A stretch of 25,473 nt of DNA from Pseudomonadota bacterium (GTDB taxonomy: Bacteria; Bdellovibrionota_B; Oligoflexia; Oligoflexales; RGVZ01). The notes below the pieces were generated by a model. It saw only the letters and a program-made list of their open reading frames with translations. It had not been told where the DNA came from and made no database searches. The number at the start of each line of letters is the position of its first letter. Within the stretch, counting starts at the first letter, position 1. The position numbers and the translations under genes are program-made. Location: positions 1 to 25,473 of the forward strand of contig JBEGVZ010000003.1 of NCBI GenBank assembly GCA_041178085.1, given 5' to 3'. This document shows positions 7,670 to 15,783 of the stretch, piece after piece.

Positions 7670-8950
7670 TTGTCAGACCGGCTTACCATTCGTTTTCTAT
7701 CAGGGCCTTTAAGCGGGCAGATGTTCTCCATTGGCCTCGGGGACCTTTTCTTTGTCGGGTCTGACCCCGCGTGCAATGCTGTGATCGCTGGTGATCCCTC
7801 CGTTCATGCCAAGCATGTTTGCATATACTATCGCGCGCCTGGCAAGGTTCTGATCAAGGATCTGGGCAGTGCAAACGGTAGCCGGATCAATGGCAAGCAG
7901 CTTGGCAAGACCTCCAAGTTGCGTGACGGGGACCGCATTACAGTTGGAACCAGTGCAACTTTCCAGTTCACGGTATGGGACCCGATGCAGCCCACGCGGA
8001 TGACCGGGATGCTCAGGCGCAGGTTGTCTTCCATGAGCCGCCTTGCGCGGCGTCGTGTTGCCCCTAACCCTGGTGCAATTCCTGTATTTGGTGACTTAGG
8101 GGACGTCAGCTGGCGACCGGGAAACCGGGTCAAGACGGCAGTGGTCGGTGTTATGGCCGGGTCAGCATTGGCTCTCATGTTGTTCGCCGGGGTCAGGCTT
8201 TACGAGCGCAATGCGAGAAACCTGCCGGCGGGCCTGCCAGGGGTTGAGTTGCGGGCGCTTACTCCTGGGGGAAGCCGCGAGAATCCTTCCACACGTTCAT
8301 CTGTTTCGCTGCCAAAGCTTGAAGTCGATCGCGATTTCATTTGGGACGAGATCGTGAATATTTCTGTCCGTTTTGGAGAGACTCCACCGTCCGTCATGGA
8401 TGTCGACTTCATCAACAAGGTGCAGTACTGGATCAACCGGTTCACGGTCCGGGGGTACCACCGCGAACTTTTGCGGCGCCGCCAGCAGTACATTCCGGCG
8501 ATCGAGTCAGCGTTGAAGGAGCAGAACCTTCCGCTGGAACTTGGCTATCTGGTCTGGATCGAGTCGGCCTACGAGATCGACGCATTGTCGTCTGCAGGGG
8601 CGAAAGGGTTATGGCAGCTTATGCCTGCGACGGCCAGGGAATACGGACTGCGCGTTGATCAGGGGCGACGTATTGATGAGCGGGTTGACCCTCTGAAGAG
8701 CTCCCGTGCAGCGGCTTCTTATTTGAACCTGCTTTTGAAGATGTTCGGTGGACAGCGTTACTTGCTCGCCATTGCGTCGTACAACACGGGGCAAAACCGG
8801 GTGCAGCGATTCCAGATTGCTACGACCATCCGGCAATCGCGTGCGGCAGACTTCTGGCATCTAGTGGACCAGTTGCCTGCGGAGACGGTCGATTACGTGC
8901 CCAAGTTCCTGGCGGCTGTGATCGTTGCGCGAAATCCGGGGCGTTTTTAG
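7670..8950 (+). CDS. FHA - TM - MltD-like lytic transglycosylase (SLT/GH23)
   Basis: N-terminal FHA (KDLGSANGSRING...LRDGDRITVG), TM (AVVGVMAGSALALMLFAG), SLT motifs WIESAY (catalytic Glu, 8561-8563), SSAGAKGLWQLMPATA, ASYNTG, ETVDYVPK. TTG start with AGGAGG SD 8 nt upstream. Confidence 0.9.
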   Translation: MSDRLTIRFLSGPLSGQMFSIGLGDLFFVGSDPACNAVIAGDPSVHAKHVCIYYRAPGKVLIKDLGSANGSRINGKQLGKTSKLRDGDRITVGTSATFQFTVWDPMQPTRMTGMLRRRLSSMSRLARRRVAPNPGAIPVFGDLGDVSWRPGNRVKTAVVGVMAGSALALMLFAGVRLYERNARNLPAGLPGVELRALTPGGSRENPSTRSSVSLPKLEVDRDFIWDEIVNISVRFGETPPSVMDVDFINKVQYWINRFTVRGYHRELLRRRQQYIPAIESALKEQNLPLELGYLVWIESAYEIDALSSAGAKGLWQLMPATAREYGLRVDQGRRIDERVDPLKSSRAAASYLNLLLKMFGGQRYLLAIASYNTGQNRVQRFQIATTIRQSRAADFWHLVDQLPAETVDYVPKFLAAVIVARNPGRF

Positions 8951-9690
8951 TTTTTGGTCGCATTGCTACCTGAACTGTCTTTCATGCTCAGGGCAATCGA
9001 TAGCAGCGATGTCATGAATGGCAGCATGAACCCGTCGTACTCATGCTGCGAGAAAATGAGCGCCCCGACAACGGCACCAGCAACAAACGTGATCATCAAC
9101 AAGAATCGGCGCCAGGACACCAGAAGCTCCCGTTGGCGCACGATTGAGTTTCTTCTCTGGGTCCAGGCCCGGACCAGTCCAACGCCCAGGTCTGTGGTGG
9201 TTCCGGTCAAATGTGTTGGTCTGACGGAGGATCCGCTCACCACCGTAGCCGTCGCGTTTTGCACGCCACAGGCGAAGCTAAGCAGCGCAAGCAGGAAATA
9301 GTCCTGCAAGATATCCTCGGTGATGCCAAACGGGCCAAAGAATCCGCGGTTGCCCATAAGGGTTGCTGCCACCATGATCCCGGCCACCAGGATCAATGCG
9401 GGCGTGGTCGATGGGGTTCGACTTTCCCCAGTTCTGGGCTCCGTGCACCAAGTGCTCGTCATCGCGCCAAAAATAAAGAAAAACGGGATGGAGATGGCAC
9501 CTATGGCCTCAGGCCATGCCAGACGAACCGCTTCAATGCCGGTGATGGTTGCGAATCCAGTCACGTGGGAGACGAAGCGCCGGCAAGCAAGGAATCCACC
9601 CGCATTGATCATCCCTGCCGTGAACGCGAGATTATACCAGCCAAGGCGTATGCTGAAAGGAACTTCGTCGCCGATCCGTGCCATCAACAA
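8947..9690 (-). CDS. YoaK/DUF1275 family membrane protein
   Basis: AGMINAGGF...FVSHVTG and GVQNA...VRPTHLTGTTTDLG family motifs; multi-TM. Confidence 0.85.
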   Translation of the reverse strand: MLMARIGDEVPFSIRLGWYNLAFTAGMINAGGFLACRRFVSHVTGFATITGIEAVRLAWPEAIGAISIPFFFIFGAMTSTWCTEPRTGESRTPSTTPALILVAGIMVAATLMGNRGFFGPFGITEDILQDYFLLALLSFACGVQNATATVVSGSSVRPTHLTGTTTDLGVGLVRAWTQRRNSIVRQRELLVSWRRFLLMITFVAGAVVGALIFSQHEYDGFMLPFMTSLLSIALSMKDSSGSNATKN

Positions 9691-9709
9691 GCTCCGTCGA
9701 AATTCATCA

Positions 9710-10984
9710 TCAGGGCATCAATAGTATTGCCGCGACAGCCGTCGGTAGCAGGGCTGCGACAAACAGGCTGAGGGGCTTGATGCCACCGTGCGGAAAAGAG
9801 TCTCTGAGAATGGAGTAGCCAGCAGGATTCGGTGCGTTTGCGATCACCGTCAGGCCGCCTCCGGTCACAGCGCCCGCGACGACCGCATATTTTGCGGCGT
9901 CACCAAGGTCAGGCACTTGGGCCGCCAGATAGGTCAGAGCCGCGTTGTCTGTGATCGCTGTCAGTCCAGTGGTCCCCCAGAACATCGTGGAAACGTTCGC
10001 CTCGGCCAGAAGCGGACGCAACCACCAATGCTGCCCCGCGCCAAGGACCACGAGTCCCGCCAGGAAAAAGGCGACCAGCAGACTTTCCCGTACTTGCAAG
10101 CGGTCCTGGTATTCCCCCGTGATCTGGACAACGCCGAGGAACATCATGAACACCCCGACCACAGCGACGATATGGTGGGCTACGGCCACGATGGCGGTCA
10201 GAAATGCGAGATGTATGAAAACCAGAGCAAGCGGGGCGTGATTTGTTTTCTTTGCAATTCCATTTCCAGGCGGGCGCAACGCGCCCAGTTCCCGACGGAA
10301 TGCGATCGTCAGTGCGGCGGCATTGATGACTACGGCCACGGCTGCTCGCCAGCCAAAATGGCTAATCATATGAGCTGTGTCCCAGCCCCATTTTCCCGCG
10401 ACCATAACGACCGGCGGGGCGGCGAATGGTGTCAGGACACCGCCAATGGAAACGTTGACGAATAACGTGCCAAGGATGGCGTAGCGTAGCTTGTTCGAAA
10501 TTTGGGCTCCCAAGACGCGATCACGCAACAAGAGCGCCGTGACAGTCATGGCCGCCGGCTCTGTGATCAGGCTTCCGAGTAATGGCCCTGCAGACAGCAA
10601 GACAAGGCATTCGGCCATCATGCCGGGCAGCGGAACCATGCGCGCCACGCCACCCAGAAAGCCGCTCGCGGCTGTAAGCACGGGGCGGGTTGCTGCAACT
10701 GCCATGATGGCAAACACAAAGACAGGCTCGGTGAAAGACAATCCCTCGACAAAATGGATGGAGTGCGTGAAGTCTGTGTGCCAGGCGAGAAACCCGCAGA
10801 AGATTGCGGCCCAGATCCCGAAGACGACTTCAATTTCGCCCAGGAAATGGAACAGGTTTTCCTTGAGAGATCCCTCTGGGTGCTGCTCCGCCAGCCGATT
10901 GAACCATCCAGTCAGGAAGGTATGGATGACTGCGCCTGCGAAAAGCACTGTGGAGACGCTTTGCGATGTGGTATCTAACACCAT
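9710..10984 (-). CDS. Putative Na+/H+ antiporter (Na_H_antiport_3 / DUF1504 family)
   Basis: HFLGEIEVVFGIWA, FTEPVFVFAIM, LGSLITEPAAMT, NVSIGGVLTPFAAPP, TDNAALTYL, GGGLTVIANAPNPAG; highly hydrophobic. Confidence 0.85.
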   Translation of the reverse strand: MVLDTTSQSVSTVLFAGAVIHTFLTGWFNRLAEQHPEGSLKENLFHFLGEIEVVFGIWAAIFCGFLAWHTDFTHSIHFVEGLSFTEPVFVFAIMAVAATRPVLTAASGFLGGVARMVPLPGMMAECLVLLSAGPLLGSLITEPAAMTVTALLLRDRVLGAQISNKLRYAILGTLFVNVSIGGVLTPFAAPPVVMVAGKWGWDTAHMISHFGWRAAVAVVINAAALTIAFRRELGALRPPGNGIAKKTNHAPLALVFIHLAFLTAIVAVAHHIVAVVGVFMMFLGVVQITGEYQDRLQVRESLLVAFFLAGLVVLGAGQHWWLRPLLAEANVSTMFWGTTGLTAITDNAALTYLAAQVPDLGDAAKYAVVAGAVTGGGLTVIANAPNPAGYSILRDSFPHGGIKPLSLFVAALLPTAVAAILLMP

Positions 10985-11014
10985 GTTTCTCCTTGCTTTT
11001 GAGAGGTTATCATC

Positions 11015-11566
11015 ATGGCATTGACTCCGTCCAACATGCTTCCCTTGGGTACCCGTGCTCCGGCCTTCTCCTTGCCGTCCACCGAGGGGACTATGGTTTC
11101 ACTGGAGGATTTCAAGGCAGCGCCCGCCCTCCTGGTGATGTTCATTTGCAACCACTGTCCCTATGTGAAGCACATACGCCAGGGTCTTGCTGAGCTGGGC
11201 CGCGATGTTGCTGCAAGGGGAGTGGCGGTGGTCGGGATCAACTCCAACGACGTGGCGAAATACCCCGATGATCGCCCTGAATTGATGAAGATCGAGAAGG
11301 CTGGCTCAGGGTGGACGTTCCCCTATCTTTACGACGAGACCCAGGCGGTTGCCCGTGCCTACGATGCCGCCTGCACACCCGATTTCTACTTGTTCGATGC
11401 GCAGCGCAAACTCGTTTATCGCGGCCAGATGGATGACAGCCGTCCCGGCAACGGAAAACCAGTCACCGGAGCCGATCTGCGTGCTGCAGTTGAGGCGGTT
11501 ATGGCTGGCCAGGCGCCGTCAAGTGACCAAAAGCCTTCGATTGGTTGCAACATCAAGTGGAAGTAA
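11015..11566 (+). CDS. AhpC/TSA thioredoxin-family protein (Prx-like1)
   Basis: MALTPSNMLPLG.AP.F.LP, FICNHCPYV, NSND, YLYDETQ, ACTPDF, YRGQMDDSRPGN, SIGCNIKWK. Confidence 0.92.
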   Translation: MALTPSNMLPLGTRAPAFSLPSTEGTMVSLEDFKAAPALLVMFICNHCPYVKHIRQGLAELGRDVAARGVAVVGINSNDVAKYPDDRPELMKIEKAGSGWTFPYLYDETQAVARAYDAACTPDFYLFDAQRKLVYRGQMDDSRPGNGKPVTGADLRAAVEAVMAGQAPSSDQKPSIGCNIKWK

Positions 11567-12203
11567 GTTTTTCCCAGTAGGTTTTGAGTTCCGGCGTGCT
11601 GCCTGCAATGGCCGCGGCTTCCTTGATGGAATCGCTATGGCCGATCTTGAAGATCGAGTAGAGCGCTCGTTTTTGGACCATCACAGGGACACCTGACCGG
11701 AGGTTCCGGCGATCGCGTAGCGTCGCCAACAGCTTCCGCGAAGCTGGTGCGTCCATCGAGCCCTCCATTGCCGTGCCGATTGCCCCAGCGGCCTCTGCGC
11801 GAACCACCAGAGCCTTGTCTTGCAGGCCGTTCTCGAGGATTTTGCTGCAGAATTCCGGGCGGCCCCCGGATGGTGCGGCACATATCCGTACCCAGCCAAG
11901 GCGCCATTTCCAGTCCCAGGATGCCAGGGTGTTGCCGCGGTGTGCGTTGCTGTACCACAGGGCTTCGATTTCTTTGGTTGGCATCTCCATAAATCGCCGC
12001 CATTCACTGGCGTTCGGGGCACTTCCCGGGTCGAACGATGGTTTTTCGAAGGCTTCGTGGCTGTTCGTGGCCAAGTTGTCCTGGGCTGCCGGTACGGCAC
12101 CATGCGCCGTAACGGATGCAATGGCACAGCTGAGTAAAAATGCCTGGGTTGGCCAGCAGCGGCGGCGTTGGTCTTGCCGGCGCATCAGGGAGGTGAATTT
12201 CAT
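11553..12203 (-). CDS. Exported protein with HEAT/armadillo-like repeats
   Basis: Basic N-region plus hydrophobic stretch (AFLLSCAIASVTAHG); HEAT-like GLQDKALVVRAEAAGAIG and VQKRALYSIFKIG. Start uncertain. Confidence 0.6.
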   Translation of the reverse strand: MKFTSLMRRQDQRRRCWPTQAFLLSCAIASVTAHGAVPAAQDNLATNSHEAFEKPSFDPGSAPNASEWRRFMEMPTKEIEALWYSNAHRGNTLASWDWKWRLGWVRICAAPSGGRPEFCSKILENGLQDKALVVRAEAAGAIGTAMEGSMDAPASRKLLATLRDRRNLRSGVPVMVQKRALYSIFKIGHSDSIKEAAAIAGSTPELKTYWEKLTST

Positions 12204-12327
12204 GGAAAACCCCGTAATCGGCTATGTTGCCCTGATTTCATGCTATCACGCGTTGTAGCACTTTTGGTCATCGGCGACGCAAGTCCCCAAAATGATGGTC
12301 GGTAAGCCGGATTCCTAAAGTTTTTAT

Positions 12328-12354
12328 TAAAGCTTTTTTGGTCGGCTCCGAAAC
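12328..12354 (+). promoter_or_regulatory. Sigma-28-like promoter upstream of the GYF-PilZ gene
   Basis: TAAA(G)-N15-TCCGAAAC, 41 nt before ATG 12396, preceded by an AT-rich tract. Confidence 0.5.
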
Positions 12355-12395
12355 GCCCCTCATCACGGCGACGAATCTATGGAGGAAATTGCGCC

Positions 12396-13004
12396 ATGAC
12401 GGGTCAGCAAAAAAATCAAGAAACCATCGCAGGGAATGCGGCCGGATCTGAAGCCGTATGGTTCATTTACTCAGGTGGCCAGCAGATTGGCCCGTTTACC
12501 GTCGACCAGGCGAACCAGCTTGTCGCTCGCAAGGCCGTCGCTCCAGACTCTTATGTATTCAGGGTCGGGTGGAAGGATTGGAGGCCGGTCGAGGAATGCC
12601 ACGAGGAACTCGGGCTTCCTGCTCCAGCAAAAGTGGACCCGGCAGCGATCGAGGATCGTCGCAAGGTAGCGCCGCGTGCATCAGTGAGCGGTCGCGTCGT
12701 GATCCATAACAACGGCAACCTGACCATTGGTGCTGGTGTGAACATTTCGACCTCTGGGATTTTTGTCGAAACCTCTGAGCCGATCTTCACCATCGGCGAG
12801 AAGCTGAAACTGTCCGTCAAGGCGGAAGGCATGTCTCAGCCGTTCAATGCGGTTGCCCAAGTGGTCCGCTACAACTCGGACCCCCGTTACCCGGTTGGTT
12901 ACGGATTGAAGTTTGATGTCCTCTCTGACCGGGCCCGTGCCGAAATCCGGCGCCTGGTTGAGGCAACGGCGGGCGGTGTGGCACCGAAAGCGGCGCGCGG
13001 TTGA
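12396..13004 (+). CDS. GYF_2 (DUF4339) - PilZ domain protein
   Basis: WFIY...QIGPF...YVFRVGWKDWRP (GYF_2); DRRKVAPR...NISTSGIFV...AQVVR...GYGLKF (PilZ). GGAGGA SD. Confidence 0.9.
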   Translation: MTGQQKNQETIAGNAAGSEAVWFIYSGGQQIGPFTVDQANQLVARKAVAPDSYVFRVGWKDWRPVEECHEELGLPAPAKVDPAAIEDRRKVAPRASVSGRVVIHNNGNLTIGAGVNISTSGIFVETSEPIFTIGEKLKLSVKAEGMSQPFNAVAQVVRYNSDPRYPVGYGLKFDVLSDRARAEIRRLVEATAGGVAPKAARG

Positions 13005-13063
13005 TGCTCAGATTCCGGGCGTACGTGCGTCGTTGATGTGAAGTAATCTCAAGGGGTTGATCG

Positions 13064-14254
13064 ATGGTAAAAAAGAAGCAGAACCTGCCCACGTGGCGAA
13101 ACTGCAAGACGGTTGCGGAAGCATGCCATTTGGTAGACGTCGGTATCCTGTTGTCGTGGAAAGATGGTCGCCAGATGACGACTATCTTGAACGGGCAGGA
13201 GCAGGCTGATGTCGTTAAGCACATGATCGTCCGCCTGTGCGAGCGGGGCGACATTCGGTTATCCCAGGAAATCATTGTCGAATCGTTGCTGATCTGGCTG
13301 GCGAACGCTCAGAGCGAATCGATGATCGTAACGGTCCTAGAGGAACTGTTCGCCAACCCCCAGGCGGCAAGGGCCTGTGAGAACATCCTTCAGGTTGTCT
13401 TCTCTGCTGAATACGCCGACAAGAACCACGCCATCGAGATTTACAACCTTAGCGTGGTTCTGGTTTGCGAGCTTGGTTTTGCCATCCGCGCGTTTGACCA
13501 GCAATTCCCGGGCGAATTGCGTAACGCACGACAGTTGCTTGACCGGGTCGCAACTTATTTGCTCAGTGCAAGCAATTCCAGCAGTGACGCAGTCCGTTTC
13601 AGCCTGATCCACTATTTTGGTGAAACCGAACAAGGCATCCCCGATAAACCTTTTTTCAACCGGGTGATGAGTCGTTTCGGCCACACGGTCCTGGATCAGT
13701 TGTTCAGTCTTCTGTTCAAGAAGAAAGTAGAGTCAGTGGCCCTGCAGTTCTTGCTGGAGAACATGCCATTCATCCTCGAGGCCGATCATCACACCCAAGT
13801 GATGGTCCATGAGTCGATGAAGTTTTACGCGCTCAAGCACCCGGATCGCTTCGGGCTGTTTTTGAACGCGCTGGCCAACCGCGTTGCCGCCCTGCCGGCT
13901 GGCGAATACAAGATGGCGAGGCGTGCTCTGCTGATGCAGTATTCCGCGCTTTACCGGGTCCTCTCAGAGGTCAATGCCCGTGAACTCGGACGCGATGTGG
14001 CGGTTGGCATGTGTACTTTGCGCCAGGACGATAGCTTTCAGGGCATCATTCAGGAGTTGTCGAGGGACCGTACCCTGCGTCTGCAGTTCCATGAAATGCT
14101 GCAGAAGATAGTCCAGTCAGCGCAGGCCAACGTAAACCCGGCCGATGTGGTGGTACTCAAAAGCGTCAAGCGCGGTCGCAAGCCGACGCTGGCCAAGGCT
14201 GGTGAACTTGGAACGGTGACCCAGGTGTCTTTTCTGGCCCAGGCGGCCGGGTGA
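13064..14254 (+). CDS. Hypothetical all-alpha cytoplasmic protein
   Basis: 396-aa ORF with AGGGG SD and amphipathic helical character. No family recognised; C-terminal KRGRKP motif. Confidence 0.75.
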   Translation: MVKKKQNLPTWRNCKTVAEACHLVDVGILLSWKDGRQMTTILNGQEQADVVKHMIVRLCERGDIRLSQEIIVESLLIWLANAQSESMIVTVLEELFANPQAARACENILQVVFSAEYADKNHAIEIYNLSVVLVCELGFAIRAFDQQFPGELRNARQLLDRVATYLLSASNSSSDAVRFSLIHYFGETEQGIPDKPFFNRVMSRFGHTVLDQLFSLLFKKKVESVALQFLLENMPFILEADHHTQVMVHESMKFYALKHPDRFGLFLNALANRVAALPAGEYKMARRALLMQYSALYRVLSEVNARELGRDVAVGMCTLRQDDSFQGIIQELSRDRTLRLQFHEMLQKIVQSAQANVNPADVVVLKSVKRGRKPTLAKAGELGTVTQVSFLAQAAG

Positions 14255-14292
14255 CCGCCCTGTGGCAACGTCGAAAGGTTATGCGAACACGA

Positions 14293-14904
14293 TCACTCGA
14301 CCGGAGTCGGCTCAGGTCCTATGACGCCGGGCGTGGCTTCGATCTTGTTTTCCGCAGAAACTGGAAAATCAATTGTGGTCTTCTTGCCGATCACGTCGCG
14401 CAGGAACCAAGCACCCTTTTCACGCACAACACTCACGGTGTTGTCTGTCGTCACGGTCGCCGCAGTATCCTTCGCGATCTCGGCACCTGCAGATCCGAGG
14501 TCGGCATAAACAAGGCGGAATGTGATCTCGGTCTCGCGAGGAGTCCGGTCACGGCGTTCGATGACAGAATAGCTTTTAACTTCATAACGGCGGTCAATGT
14601 ACGCAGCTTTGATGTCTTCGTCCCTTGCCGAGTTGATTGCCTGGCGCAGTTTGCCGGTGGTCAGTCCAGCAAGGCGTTCGCGTTCAGATGTCTCGCGCAT
14701 GTTAAACGCTGTATTCAGATAGGTCTCCACGACTTGCTCCGGGCTCATGTCCTTGTGTTTCAGTCCGCAGAAGCGTGCACACCCCGTCAAGGCCAGGCAA
14801 AGAAACGCCAGGCGGAGGACTGATTTGAACTGGTTACCCCGGGTCCGGCTTGAACCAGTGAGTCCCAAGGTCATGAATGTCTGAGTCATGGCAGCCTTCA
14901 ACAT
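14293..14904 (-). CDS. Hypothetical lipoprotein (possible NTF2/Tim44-like fold)
   Basis: GGAAGG SD; lipobox LALTGC; SPEQVVETYL helix and terminal VVREKGAWFLRDV strand pair typical of NTF2-like lipoprotein domains. Confidence 0.65.
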   Translation of the reverse strand: MLKAAMTQTFMTLGLTGSSRTRGNQFKSVLRLAFLCLALTGCARFCGLKHKDMSPEQVVETYLNTAFNMRETSERERLAGLTTGKLRQAINSARDEDIKAAYIDRRYEVKSYSVIERRDRTPRETEITFRLVYADLGSAGAEIAKDTAATVTTDNTVSVVREKGAWFLRDVIGKKTTIDFPVSAENKIEATPGVIGPEPTPVE

Positions 14905-14949
14905 AAGATTCCTTCCGGTTCTGTCAGTGATCGCGATTACCTTGTGCGT

Positions 14950-15783
14950 TCAATTCTCGCCGGGAACCTCCTGGTTCCGGCGTGTCTTTTCGATTTCTTT
15001 CCATTTTAAGGCCTTGGGCAGCTTGTTTGGAATACCCTCTGGCCGGGGTCCCTGGCCACCGCGGCGGTAACGGTATGGCTCCCCGTCACCGTTTTCTGGT
15101 AACGGTTTGGCTGTAGAGGCTCTCCGGCCTGGGTTTTGGCGGGGTTCCGTCTTGGCGCTTCCAGAGTCGCCGGTGGGCGGAACGTATGCCTTGCCCCAGT
15201 TGGAGTTTTTGGGCTTTCTACCGACCGTAGGCACTGGGGACGGACTGGCATCCAGCCCCTCACTCACGGCGGACTGAAATGCCGTGGCAAAATCCTCGGA
15301 CTCGGTTTTGGTGCCGCTACGCATCACAAAGGTTCGCCGGTGGGTCATGAAGTCAAGGTCACCGTCGATAAAATAAAGCTGATTGTCACTCAGGATTGCG
15401 CTCTGCCCGGTTGGTGAGAAACCGGGTGGCTTGAGCATGGTCGGTATGTTCTGGTTTTTCAGTGCGCCAAGCCTGGACATGTAGGAATTTGCCTTGGCGC
15501 GTCCCAGTAAAACCCGCACATCGACTTTGCGGTACTGTGCAAGGTGGAGTGCGGACACGATGTCACCGTCGGACAGGAAATCCGTGGCTAGCCAGACCCG
15601 CTGGGAGGCGGCACTGATCTTGTTGACGATTGAGTTTTTAAGTTCGCTGAAACTGGTAAAGGGGGTTGCACCGTCCGGGGCTGTGGCAGCTTGTTCCCCG
15701 GCTGCAAGCCCGGGAACTGATGCAATGCCGTACGCTGCCATTGCGGCAACTATTAAGCCAAGCTTGATATGGGGGTATTTCAT
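14950..15783 (-). CDS. Exported phospholipase D-like (Nuc-type) domain protein lacking the HKD motif
   Basis: True start ATG 15783 overlaps the rsmB stop (ATGA; GGAGG SD). Signal peptide MKYPHIKLGLIVAAMAAYG; PLD-like IVNKISAASQRVWLA...IVSALHLAQYRKVDVRVLL; Pro/Gly/Lys-rich tail. The ORF-track extension to 16224 lies inside rsmB. Confidence 0.7.
   Translation of the reverse strand: MKYPHIKLGLIVAAMAAYGIASVPGLAAGEQAATAPDGATPFTSFSELKNSIVNKISAASQRVWLATDFLSDGDIVSALHLAQYRKVDVRVLLGRAKANSYMSRLGALKNQNIPTMLKPPGFSPTGQSAILSDNQLYFIDGDLDFMTHRRTFVMRSGTKTESEDFATAFQSAVSEGLDASPSPVPTVGRKPKNSNWGKAYVPPTGDSGSAKTEPRQNPGRRASTAKPLPENGDGEPYRYRRGGQGPRPEGIPNKLPKALKWKEIEKTRRNQEVPGEN

Noticed and set aside
7656..7672. In-frame TGA between the VWA-FHA and FHA-SLT ORFs (TGA-GGA-TTG) near selD, suggesting selenocysteine or readthrough fusion
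   Set aside because: A perfect AGGAGG SD lies 8 nt before the TTG, no SECIS-like hairpin is evident, and the position is a linker rather than a redox motif. Two genes is the simpler reading; proteomics could test it.
12262..12320. GACGCAAG segment upstream of the PilZ gene resembling a c-di-GMP-I riboswitch
   Set aside because: Lacks the GGCAAA/P2 stem with a GNRA tetraloop and its receptor; an Infernal search would be needed, and by eye it does not fit.
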